NCBI RefSeq assembly: GCF_947495965.1
Contig: NZ_CANMBB010000001.1
Coordinates: 521,728 to 585,727, forward strand
From: an uncultured Maribacter sp.
Lineage (GTDB): Bacteria > Bacteroidota > Bacteroidia > Flavobacteriales > Flavobacteriaceae
Reading direction: 5' to 3'
DNA length: 64,000 bases
The position numbers and the translations under genes are program-made. Positions 9,675 through 18,636 of this stretch are shown piece by piece. Position 1 is the first letter of the stretch. Every line of letters starts with the position of its first letter. A model generated the notes under the pieces. It was given only the letters and a program-made list of their open reading frames with translations, made no database searches and had not been told where the DNA came from.

Positions 9675-10694
9675 ATGATAATAGGTGTTTTATTAGCAAT
9701 ACTTGCAGGCTTACTATTAGGGCTTTATGCCTTACCAGAAAAATTTACTAAAGATTTTGAATTTGAAAATACGTGGAGCATGTTCTTTGCGATTAATACG
9801 TTTGTAGTTCCTAATGTTGCTGCATTTTTATTAATCGACGGTTTTTCGGATGTCTTAGCTGCAATTCCTAGTAGCGCTTTAATAACCATGATTATTTGTA
9901 GTATACTTTGGGGAATTGGTGCTATGATGTGGGGAAAAGCTATTAACCATATTGGTCTTTCCCTTGGATTTTCCATTTTTATAGGTACTATTATCTTGGT
10001 AGGTTCTCTATTACCATTTATTCAGGTAGGATTACCCAAAACAAATGTATTTTTAACAATTTTGGCAGGTTTAGCAGTTGTTCTTGTAGGTGTAATGGCT
10101 AATGGTAAAGCTGGTATTATAAGACAAAAAGATGAAGAAGCTAATAATGAATCCGAAACAACGAAAAGTGGATCAGTAATCACTGGAATTTTAATTGCAA
10201 TTGTTGGTGGATTACTAGCTACAGGTTTTAGTTATGCATATGCAGCTGGTGGAGAAATAATTGATACAGCATCTCAAGCACAAGGTAATGCGCCATGGAA
10301 AAGTGCCATAGCAGTTATGTATGTTATTTATATGGCAGGTGGCGTAGCTATAGCTATTTATTTTGCACAACAATTAACAGCTAAAAAATTATGGGGAAAA
10401 TTTAAAACACCTCATTTAGGAAAAAATATAATGCTTACTACTGTAATGGGAGTGTTTAACTTTGCAGCATCCGTAGTATTTGCTTACGCAGGTTTTAAGC
10501 TAGGTAAAGAATTAGGAGGAACGGTTGGTTATGCAATCTTTAACACTGCATGTGTAGTAACCGCTATTGTTAGTGGTTTAGTTACAAAAGAGTGGGTTAA
10601 AGCTTCGTCTAAAGCTAAAAATTTCCTATACATTGGGTTAACTTGTATGGTTGTAGGTATTATAATTATTGCTTACAGTAATGGTATAGGATAA
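9675..10694 (+). CDS. RhaT-family sugar:H+ symporter
   Basis: 339 aa with about 10 TM segments. Resembles remembered E. coli RhaT (WGIGAMMWGKAINHIGLSLGFSI, LVTKEW). Confidence 0.7.
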   Translation: MIIGVLLAILAGLLLGLYALPEKFTKDFEFENTWSMFFAINTFVVPNVAAFLLIDGFSDVLAAIPSSALITMIICSILWGIGAMMWGKAINHIGLSLGFSIFIGTIILVGSLLPFIQVGLPKTNVFLTILAGLAVVLVGVMANGKAGIIRQKDEEANNESETTKSGSVITGILIAIVGGLLATGFSYAYAAGGEIIDTASQAQGNAPWKSAIAVMYVIYMAGGVAIAIYFAQQLTAKKLWGKFKTPHLGKNIMLTTVMGVFNFAASVVFAYAGFKLGKELGGTVGYAIFNTACVVTAIVSGLVTKEWVKASSKAKNFLYIGLTCMVVGIIIIAYSNGIG

Positions 10695-10773
10695 AATTTT
10701 CATTAGAAAAACATTTGTTCTATTCAAAAGAACATTAATAACAAACAAAATAAATAGATTACTATAAATTGCC

Positions 10774-10810
10774 AGCACTTTAGAAATAATTCTAAAGTGC
10801 TATTTTTTTT
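10774..10810 (+). terminator. Rho-independent terminator-like hairpin ending 5 nt before the next start codon
   Basis: AGCACTTTAGAA (10774-10785), loop ATAA, TTCTAAAGTGCT (10790-10801), then A+T8. Confidence 0.75.
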
Positions 10811-10815
10811 ACAAT

Positions 10816-13035
10816 ATGTTATACAAAGCAACATTTTTTACAATTTTACTAAGTTTTCTTATTTTTTTTAATAGCTGCAAAGAGGAAAAGAAAACATATA
10901 CCGATGTTATTTACAAAAAGCCTGAAATAGTAAAAGATCCTGCTGTACAATTCCTATCTCCTGAAGAAAGTATGAAAACCATGTTTTTACCCGAAGGATA
11001 CCATGTAGAATTAGTAGCTAGCGAACCTATGATTAATGAGCCCGTTGCCACAGCTTGGGATGCGAACGGCAGGTTATATGTTGCAGAAATGCTAACATAC
11101 ATGCAAGATATAGACGGTACAAACCAACAAGAACCTTGGAGTAGAATTTCTGTATTAGAAGATATAGATGGTGATGGAAAAATGGATAAAAGCACTGTGT
11201 TTATAGATAGCTTAATACTACCAAGAATTATATTACCTCTTGATGATAGAGTAATTGTAGGCGAAACCTACAATCGTAATATATGGAGTTATAGAGATAC
11301 TGATGGAGACTTAATAGCCGATGAAAAAATATTACTACTAGAAAATAAAAAAAGAGACAATTCTAATTTAGAACACCAGTCTGCAAGCATGATTTGGAGT
11401 ATAGACAACTGGTTATATCTCTCAAAAAATTCTTTGCGGTACAGGTTTACTCGTGGTAAAATAGAAATAGATACTCTTGCTGATGCTCCTAACGGACAAT
11501 GGGGTTTAACCCAAGATGAAAACGGACAACTATTCTACTCTAGTGCAGGTGGAGAAACACCTGCTTTAGGATACCAACAACACCCTTTTTATGGAAATTT
11601 AGAAGTTGAGAATAATTGGGAAGAAGGTTTTGAAAAAGTTTGGCCCGTTATAGGAACTCCAGATGTTCAAGGTGGTTTAAAAAGACTACGTGAAGATGGG
11701 ACACTTAATCATTTTACCGCCAGTTGTGGACAATCCATATTTCTAGGAGATAAACTACCTGCATATGGAGATTTATTTATTCCAGAACCAGTTGGAAGGC
11801 TAATACGTAGAGCAACTGTCCAAAATATAAACGGAAAAAACGTATTAAAAAACACCTATAAAGAAACGGAGTTCATGGCTTCTACCGATGCTAATTTTAG
11901 ACCAGTACATACAAATACTGGTCCAGATGGTTGTTTATATGTAGTAGATATGTACCGTGGTATAATTCAAGAGGGTAATTGGGTTAGAAAAGGAAGCTTT
12001 TTAAGACCTGTTGTTGAAAGAAAAAAATTAGATAAAAACATTGGAAAAGGGAGAATATACAGAATAGTGCATGATGAAATAGAACCTGTAAAAACTGAAA
12101 AATTATTACAAAAATCTCCTGAAGAATTAATTTCATATTTAGGACACCCTAATGGTTGGTATAGAATTAATGCGCAAAAATTAATTATTCTTAAAAATGA
12201 TAAATCTATAATTTCTAAGCTTAAAGAAATAACAACAGATAATGAATCCTTTTTTAACTCTAAAGATTCTAATTCTTCTGCATTAGAAAGGTTACATGGC
12301 TTATGGACTCTAGATGGATTAGATGCTGTTACCCAGGATCTAGTCCTAAAAAAACTAAAAGATAAAGACCCAAGAGTAAGGCGCGCGGCTTTACGTATTA
12401 GTGAATCGTTTTTAAAAAATGGAAATACTGAAATTAAGAATGCTGTATATGCTATGAAAAGTGATAAGGATAAAAATGTTATTATTCAATTGCTACTATC
12501 CTTAAGGTCTAGTAAATCCAAAGATGCAAAAGCTAGTATTAAGGAAATTATGAACATGCATAAAAACAATGAGGTAATAACTATTGTAGGCACAGAGGGA
12601 ATTAAAGAAGTACCTCAAGAAATTGAGTTAATAAAGAAAAAACATGTTTTAGAAAATTCTAATGTTAGAAATAACATCATTAAAGGATATATTGCTTTTA
12701 AGAATACTTGCGTAGCATGCCACGGTACAAATGGAGAAGGAAAAGAAGGTTTAGCACCTTCTTTAATAGGTTCGCCAAGGGTAACTGGCTCTAGAGATAT
12801 TACTACAAAGATTCTACTAAATGGTTTAACAGGCCCTCTAGATGGTAAAGAATATGCTGGTGTTATGGTTGGCATGAAACACCAAGATGATGAATGGATT
12901 GCAGGTGTGTTAACTTACATTAGAAAACATCTTAACAATGCTACCCCTATTGGCGCTTGGCAAGTAACAAATGTTAGAAATAAAATTAAAGACCGAGAAG
13001 ATTATTGGACTCTAGAAGAACTTTATAAAAAATAA
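10816..13035 (+). CDS. PVC-type 'membrane-bound dehydrogenase domain' / HEAT-repeat / c-type cytochrome fusion protein
   Basis: 739 aa with a lipoprotein-like signal (FFNSC). N-terminal PEGYHVELVASEPMINEPVATAWDANGRLYVAEM, a central HEAT-like region (DPRVRRAALR), and a C-terminal haem motif CVACHG. Confidence 0.7.
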   Translation: MLYKATFFTILLSFLIFFNSCKEEKKTYTDVIYKKPEIVKDPAVQFLSPEESMKTMFLPEGYHVELVASEPMINEPVATAWDANGRLYVAEMLTYMQDIDGTNQQEPWSRISVLEDIDGDGKMDKSTVFIDSLILPRIILPLDDRVIVGETYNRNIWSYRDTDGDLIADEKILLLENKKRDNSNLEHQSASMIWSIDNWLYLSKNSLRYRFTRGKIEIDTLADAPNGQWGLTQDENGQLFYSSAGGETPALGYQQHPFYGNLEVENNWEEGFEKVWPVIGTPDVQGGLKRLREDGTLNHFTASCGQSIFLGDKLPAYGDLFIPEPVGRLIRRATVQNINGKNVLKNTYKETEFMASTDANFRPVHTNTGPDGCLYVVDMYRGIIQEGNWVRKGSFLRPVVERKKLDKNIGKGRIYRIVHDEIEPVKTEKLLQKSPEELISYLGHPNGWYRINAQKLIILKNDKSIISKLKEITTDNESFFNSKDSNSSALERLHGLWTLDGLDAVTQDLVLKKLKDKDPRVRRAALRISESFLKNGNTEIKNAVYAMKSDKDKNVIIQLLLSLRSSKSKDAKASIKEIMNMHKNNEVITIVGTEGIKEVPQEIELIKKKHVLENSNVRNNIIKGYIAFKNTCVACHGTNGEGKEGLAPSLIGSPRVTGSRDITTKILLNGLTGPLDGKEYAGVMVGMKHQDDEWIAGVLTYIRKHLNNATPIGAWQVTNVRNKIKDREDYWTLEELYKK

Positions 13036-13095
13036 AGCTTAGTAGAGAACGTATTTCTTTGCTACACACAAATGATAAATGGTTAGTAAGTTTTT

Positions 13096-14952
13096 TTAAT
13101 TTAAAAGAAGCTTTCCTGACCATTTTTTATTTGCCAAACTTACTTTATAAACATATAACCCAGAAGTTAATTTAACACCGTTATTACTTTCTCCATTCCA
13201 TTGTAAAACCCAGTCATTAGAAGTCCCTATTTCTTGTTCTAAGCTAAATACTTTTGCTCCCACTATTGTATATATACTAAGACGCAGAACTCCAGTTTCT
13301 TTATTCAAAAAATTAAATGTTATATGTTCTTTAAAAGGATTTGGGTGCACTATTAAATCTTTCTCTAAAACTTTATCATTAGGTATTTCATCAAATAGTA
13401 CAGAATCTATTTCTGGCGTTGCCTCCTCCTCTTCTAAATTATAAAAGTCTCCTTCTTGCATCCCTTGTTTTTCAACAATTTTTATCTTTTGATTTATTGC
13501 TATATCATATATTTTTTCTTGAATAGAATTGGGCCATTGAATAAACAAACTATCTATTTTATTTACATTTCCTAATCCAAAATGTGCTGGTTTAACACTT
13601 TGCCCCATAATAGTAGCCCCATGTAATAATCTATGTATAGAATCTCCTTCTACATATGCAATGAGTTTACTTCCAAAAGCATTTTTATTAGAGGTTATTC
13701 CTTCTAAGTTAACCTGTAACCATGCATCTGAAATTGCAGTTGTATTTTTATATAAGTATGGTGCTTTATTTGTATTACTAACAAGAATATCTAAATCGCC
13801 ATCCTCATCATAATCAAAAACCTCTGCTCCCATTCCATTATGTATTCCATTTGCGGCAGATTCATTTGTCCAATCTGTAAATTTTTGTTCTCCTTCTTTT
13901 CTTAAGTTTTTAAAAAAAACATTCTCATAATGCAAATCTGCTTCTCCATTTACAACATATAAATCTTGGTCTCCATCATTATCTGCATCTAAAAATCTAG
14001 TTCCCCAACCATAATGGCCATTACCCACACCTTCTTGGTTGGTTACATTTACAAAAGGCCCTTCTGCTGTTCCCATAAACAAAGGATTACTTTTAGATTC
14101 TGCTATGTTGGTAACATAAATATCATAATAACCATCGTTATTAAAATCTCCAATTGTAGAGCCCATTCCGCAACCTGTATTTCTTAAATTATAAGCATCT
14201 GTAACATTCACAAAAGATTGGCCTTCTTGGTTTAAATAAAAATTACTCAATCCAAAGTCATTCACCACATATAAATCTAACCATCCATCATGGTTCGCAT
14301 CAATAGGTAAAGAAGACCATGTTCTATTACCATCATTTATATTTAAAGCACCTATAATTTCTTCAAAAGTACCATCTGCCTGGTTATTAAATAATCTATT
14401 TTCGTCTTCTAAATAAAAGAGGTATAAATCTAAATCCCCATCATTATCATAATCCCACCATAAACTACCCGAATTATTACAACTTAAACAAGGCTCTATT
14501 TTTGCTGCTTGGGTTACATCTTTAAAAGTTTTATCTCCCATATTCTTGTATAATTGTGTTCCATTTTGATGGGATAATAAAATATCTGGATACCCATCAT
14601 TATCATAATCTGCCCATGAAGCACCTAACTTCAAATCCTGCTTTTCTGCATTAGAATGTTGTATTCCAAAACCCGCATCTTTAGTAACATCTTCTAACCT
14701 TCCGTTTATATTTTCTAAAAGACGGCTCCAAGTAGTTTCATCATTTGCATCAAAAGAATTATAAGCAACTATAAAAACATCTAAATCTCCATCTAAATCA
14801 TAATCGGCAACAGCATTACCATAATTTATTTTCATTTCGGATAATGCCCTAGACTCTACTTCTGTAAACTGCTGTGTGTATGCAAAAAAAGATATAAGAA
14901 AAAAAAGCACTACTGCGGGTACTCTGCAAAGTTTAAACTTTTTTATATTCAT
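13096..14952 (-). CDS. FG-GAP/VCBS-repeat (CRTAC1/ASPIC-UnbV-like) protein with T9SS C-terminal sorting domain
   Basis: Start chosen at MNIKKFKL... (signal peptide); the ORF extends to 15033. Repeated D-x-D-x-DG-x-D motifs (DYDLDGDLD, DYDNDGYPD, DADNDGDQD). C-terminal HPNPF...LYVYKV...GKLLLN is a T9SS type A tail. Confidence 0.7.
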   Translation of the reverse strand: MNIKKFKLCRVPAVVLFFLISFFAYTQQFTEVESRALSEMKINYGNAVADYDLDGDLDVFIVAYNSFDANDETTWSRLLENINGRLEDVTKDAGFGIQHSNAEKQDLKLGASWADYDNDGYPDILLSHQNGTQLYKNMGDKTFKDVTQAAKIEPCLSCNNSGSLWWDYDNDGDLDLYLFYLEDENRLFNNQADGTFEEIIGALNINDGNRTWSSLPIDANHDGWLDLYVVNDFGLSNFYLNQEGQSFVNVTDAYNLRNTGCGMGSTIGDFNNDGYYDIYVTNIAESKSNPLFMGTAEGPFVNVTNQEGVGNGHYGWGTRFLDADNDGDQDLYVVNGEADLHYENVFFKNLRKEGEQKFTDWTNESAANGIHNGMGAEVFDYDEDGDLDILVSNTNKAPYLYKNTTAISDAWLQVNLEGITSNKNAFGSKLIAYVEGDSIHRLLHGATIMGQSVKPAHFGLGNVNKIDSLFIQWPNSIQEKIYDIAINQKIKIVEKQGMQEGDFYNLEEEEATPEIDSVLFDEIPNDKVLEKDLIVHPNPFKEHITFNFLNKETGVLRLSIYTIVGAKVFSLEQEIGTSNDWVLQWNGESNNGVKLTSGLYVYKVSLANKKWSGKLLLN

Positions 14953-15078
14953 AATTACCAATCTAATTTTATAAATTCTGTAGTTTATAAAACTACTTAA
15001 GTAATTCTTTAAACCTAAAGAGCTATTGTTCAATTAAGGGTTGTTATAGGTCAGGAAATACATAGCCATCCAAAAATA

Positions 15079-18000
15079 TTATTCTAAAGACGGATATGTA
15101 TATGCTTGTAAATAGTAATTATTATTTGCTACCAACACTACATTCTTTGACCCTATTTTTATTTTTTTCATATCCTTGACATCGTTTGGTGTATAAAATC
15201 CGCTTTCAATAACGTTTATTGGTATAAATTCTCCCTTACCATTTCCTTGAAGATAAAGTCCTATACCAGAATCATTACGTGGAGTTTCTATTTCAGAAGT
15301 AAATAAATTTCCTGCCAACAGAATATCTTTATTACCATCTTTATTAAAATCTTCTAACACTATTGCATTAACACTTGCTATTTGTGCTAGCATAGGCAAT
15401 TGGGTTATGCTAAAGTTTTCTCCATTTAGGTTTTCTGCATATATAGATGCAAAGTTCTTTGCTTTTAAATGAAGTGCTTTATTCAAGTTTTCTCCATAAA
15501 TACCTTCTAAAGTAGATTCTCCAAAAGACTCAAAAGTTGGGAATTTTTCTCCTAAAGAAGGAATTTGTTCAATAGAGCAAGACCTACCCCTTATAGGGTA
15601 AATATTCCCCTCTTCATAATAACTTAAAACAATATCTGTTGTGCTATTTTTATCAAAATCATAACTATGCACTTGAAAAGGAGTTTTTTTAGAAGCTTTA
15701 TATTTATAATTAAGACCTAAGTTTCCAAAAACTAAATCCTTATCTCCATCATTATCCATATCTGCAGCAGTAACTTTATAATACCAACCTTCTAAATCTT
15801 TAAAAGCTTCATATTTTTTTTGAACAAATTCTCCCGTATCATTTTGTATTAAAGTTACTATTGGCATCCACTCTCCTACTACAACTAAATCTAATTTTTT
15901 ATCCTTATTTATATCTACCCAAGTACTAGAAGTTACCATGCCTATTTTATTTAAATCTTTTGCTTTGGTAATAGTAACATCTTTTAAATAACCATTTACA
16001 TTTTCTAAAAGAATACTGCTTGCTGGATAAGGATATTTTGCAGGCACTAACCTACCTCCTATAAACAAATCTATATCCCCATCATTATCATAATCTGCTT
16101 TAGATACAACAGAGCCACTTATTAAATTTTGAGGAACTCTTTTAACATCTTTTTTAAAATTTCCTTTACCATCATTAATATAAATACGGTCTTGTAATTT
16201 TTTGCTGTTTACTGCAAATTCATTCCCACCACTGACTACAAATAAATCCATATCTGAATCATTATCAACATCAAAAAAAACACAACCCATATCTTCCGAT
16301 GCTTTATCTATACTCCAAGGTTTAGAAGTGCTTTTTTTAAACGTTCCATTTGTATTCTGAATATATAAAGTACCTTCATTCTCTGCTGCGCCACCAATAT
16401 AAAAATCTTCTAGGTAATCATTATTTACATCTGCAACCGCTATAGAAGGTCCAAATTGAGACATTTTATGTGGCAGTAAAACTTGCTTATCATAATCATT
16501 GTATTCATTTTCTTGATGTTTATGTTCAATTCCATGTTCTTTTGCTATGGTATTAAAAGTGAGTCCTTTTATTGGTTCTTCTTTTGTCTCTGCAATGATT
16601 TTAGCACTTTTGCTTTGTACAATTTCTAATTGTTGATTAACATCTACATTTTCTAAAATAGTTTTTTCCCAGTTTGGCCATTCAACTATTATTTTTTCTA
16701 TTTCTTTATTTTTTCCAACACCAAAATGAGCTATATCTTGGCTTTTAGACATATACCCTCTTGTATTACTCATTTCAATTATTTGCCAAACTTTAGAATC
16801 TTTATATAGTTTTACTCGTGTACAGTATAAATTAGTATTCTTTTTTGGTATTAATTTTAGTTGCAAAAAATTATTTAAATTCTTTTCCGTTGTAGTATTT
16901 CTATAAACAAATGCTTTTTGATTTATATTACTTACTACTAAATCTAAATCGCCATCATTATCTAAATCTGCATAAGCAGCTCCATTAGATAAACTTGGTA
17001 TATTAATACCCCAATCTTTTGTCTTTTTTGAAAATGTAAAATCGCCATTATTTTTATAAATAAAATTATCTATTTTATCTTCAGGAGCCATTTGTGCTAA
17101 TTCTAAAACATTAACAAGTTCTTGGAATTTTTTGCCCTGTTTTTTAGCTTCTACCTCTATGCTATCTAATATAACTTTGTACTTTAAATTTACATCGCTA
17201 TTACGCATATTTCTTTTAATTCCGTTAGTTACAAATATGTCTTTATACCCATCATTATCATAATCTGCAATTAATGGCCCCCAACTCCAATCTGTATTAG
17301 AAACTCCTGCCATTTGTGCTAAATCACTAAAAGTTCCATTACCATTATTTCTTTGTAGTGTGTTAAACATGTATTGGTAATGACCACCCTCCTTTACAAT
17401 TTTCCAAAAATTTTCTGGACGCATACCGCCCATATTAGTTTTAATTCTTTTGTGGTCTTCTGCTACCATATCTAGAACCATAATATCTAGATTACCATCA
17501 TTATCATAATCTGCAATATCACTCCCCATACTAAAATTAGAAATGTGTTTAAAAGATGTTTTTAATATCTCTTGAAAAGTTCCATTTTGATTATTTAAAT
17601 ACATATAATCTGGTGCATCATAGTCATTTGCCACATAAATATCTGGCCAACCATCATTATTAATATCACCAATTGCAGCAGATAAACCATGAGCCATGTT
17701 TTCTGTTCCTGCTTCTGCAGAAACCTCAATATACCCTTTTGTTTTACCTAAATTTTTATAAAGTTTATCGCTATATCTAGAGTCTTTATATTTATCTTTT
17801 CCTCCTATTCTATTTCCTATACCTGGAGGCTGATTTACCAAATAAATATCTATGTAACCATCTTTGTTGTAGTCAAAAAAATTAGCTTGTTTAGAATACC
17901 CTGTATTAGCTACTTTGTAGACCTTTGCACTTTCTGTAAAAGTTGCATCACCATTATTAATATAAAGATAGTTTGCGCTAAGCTTTTTATTTCCTTGTGT

Positions 18001-18429
18001 ATTTTTACAAACATAAATATCTAAATAACCATCAGAATTAACATCTCCAAAGGTTACTCCAGTAGACCATGTTTTATCCTCTATAAGTCCTGCTTTTTTG
18101 GAAATATTTTCAAACACAAAATTTCCTTTATTCAGATACAGCTCATCATTTACTTGATTACCGCTAAAGTAAATATCTGGCAACCCGTCATTATTAATAT
18201 CACCAATTGCAACACCTGCACCTGTAACAAAATCCTCGTTTGTGAGGTGATTTTCATCACTAGTTTCTACAAGAGTATTTTCAAAAGAAATATTCGTGTA
18301 CTCTTTATCTAACAAAACAAATAGTTTGTCATCAGCTTTTATACTTGGAAGTTCATTTTCTTTACAGGAATGTAATGGTATTATTAGCCCTAGTATAAGG
18401 CTTAATTTTAGTAGTTCTATTTTAAACAA
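15079..18429 (-). CDS. Large FG-GAP/VCBS-repeat protein with two ASPIC/UnbV-like modules, lipoprotein
   Basis: 1116 aa with a lipobox (PLHSC). It has more than 12 copies of the GD(I/V)NNDG.PD / DYDNDG..D calcium-loop motifs. Confidence 0.7.
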   Translation of the reverse strand: MFKIELLKLSLILGLIIPLHSCKENELPSIKADDKLFVLLDKEYTNISFENTLVETSDENHLTNEDFVTGAGVAIGDINNDGLPDIYFSGNQVNDELYLNKGNFVFENISKKAGLIEDKTWSTGVTFGDVNSDGYLDIYVCKNTQGNKKLSANYLYINNGDATFTESAKVYKVANTGYSKQANFFDYNKDGYIDIYLVNQPPGIGNRIGGKDKYKDSRYSDKLYKNLGKTKGYIEVSAEAGTENMAHGLSAAIGDINNDGWPDIYVANDYDAPDYMYLNNQNGTFQEILKTSFKHISNFSMGSDIADYDNDGNLDIMVLDMVAEDHKRIKTNMGGMRPENFWKIVKEGGHYQYMFNTLQRNNGNGTFSDLAQMAGVSNTDWSWGPLIADYDNDGYKDIFVTNGIKRNMRNSDVNLKYKVILDSIEVEAKKQGKKFQELVNVLELAQMAPEDKIDNFIYKNNGDFTFSKKTKDWGINIPSLSNGAAYADLDNDGDLDLVVSNINQKAFVYRNTTTEKNLNNFLQLKLIPKKNTNLYCTRVKLYKDSKVWQIIEMSNTRGYMSKSQDIAHFGVGKNKEIEKIIVEWPNWEKTILENVDVNQQLEIVQSKSAKIIAETKEEPIKGLTFNTIAKEHGIEHKHQENEYNDYDKQVLLPHKMSQFGPSIAVADVNNDYLEDFYIGGAAENEGTLYIQNTNGTFKKSTSKPWSIDKASEDMGCVFFDVDNDSDMDLFVVSGGNEFAVNSKKLQDRIYINDGKGNFKKDVKRVPQNLISGSVVSKADYDNDGDIDLFIGGRLVPAKYPYPASSILLENVNGYLKDVTITKAKDLNKIGMVTSSTWVDINKDKKLDLVVVGEWMPIVTLIQNDTGEFVQKKYEAFKDLEGWYYKVTAADMDNDGDKDLVFGNLGLNYKYKASKKTPFQVHSYDFDKNSTTDIVLSYYEEGNIYPIRGRSCSIEQIPSLGEKFPTFESFGESTLEGIYGENLNKALHLKAKNFASIYAENLNGENFSITQLPMLAQIASVNAIVLEDFNKDGNKDILLAGNLFTSEIETPRNDSGIGLYLQGNGKGEFIPINVIESGFYTPNDVKDMKKIKIGSKNVVLVANNNYYLQAYTYPSLE

Positions 18430-18602
18430 ATCTTAATTTTTTTAGACTTTAAATAAAGAACGCACATATAATTCATTGTAAATGGTAAAAATTGACCAAA
18501 ACCAAATACATACTAATCAAACAATACTGAAAAAAACTAAAAAAACAATAGATTTAATCTCTACATCCCCTTAATTATTACTATATTAGTGTGGGTAGCG
18601 CT

Positions 18603-18610
18603 TATTTTTG
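18603..18610 (+). promoter_or_regulatory. Candidate -7 box (TAnnTTTG)
   Basis: TATTTTTG lies 27 nt upstream of the ATG at 18637. Confidence 0.3.
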
Positions 18611-18636
18611 TTTTTGTAAAAAAATTATGTAGATAA

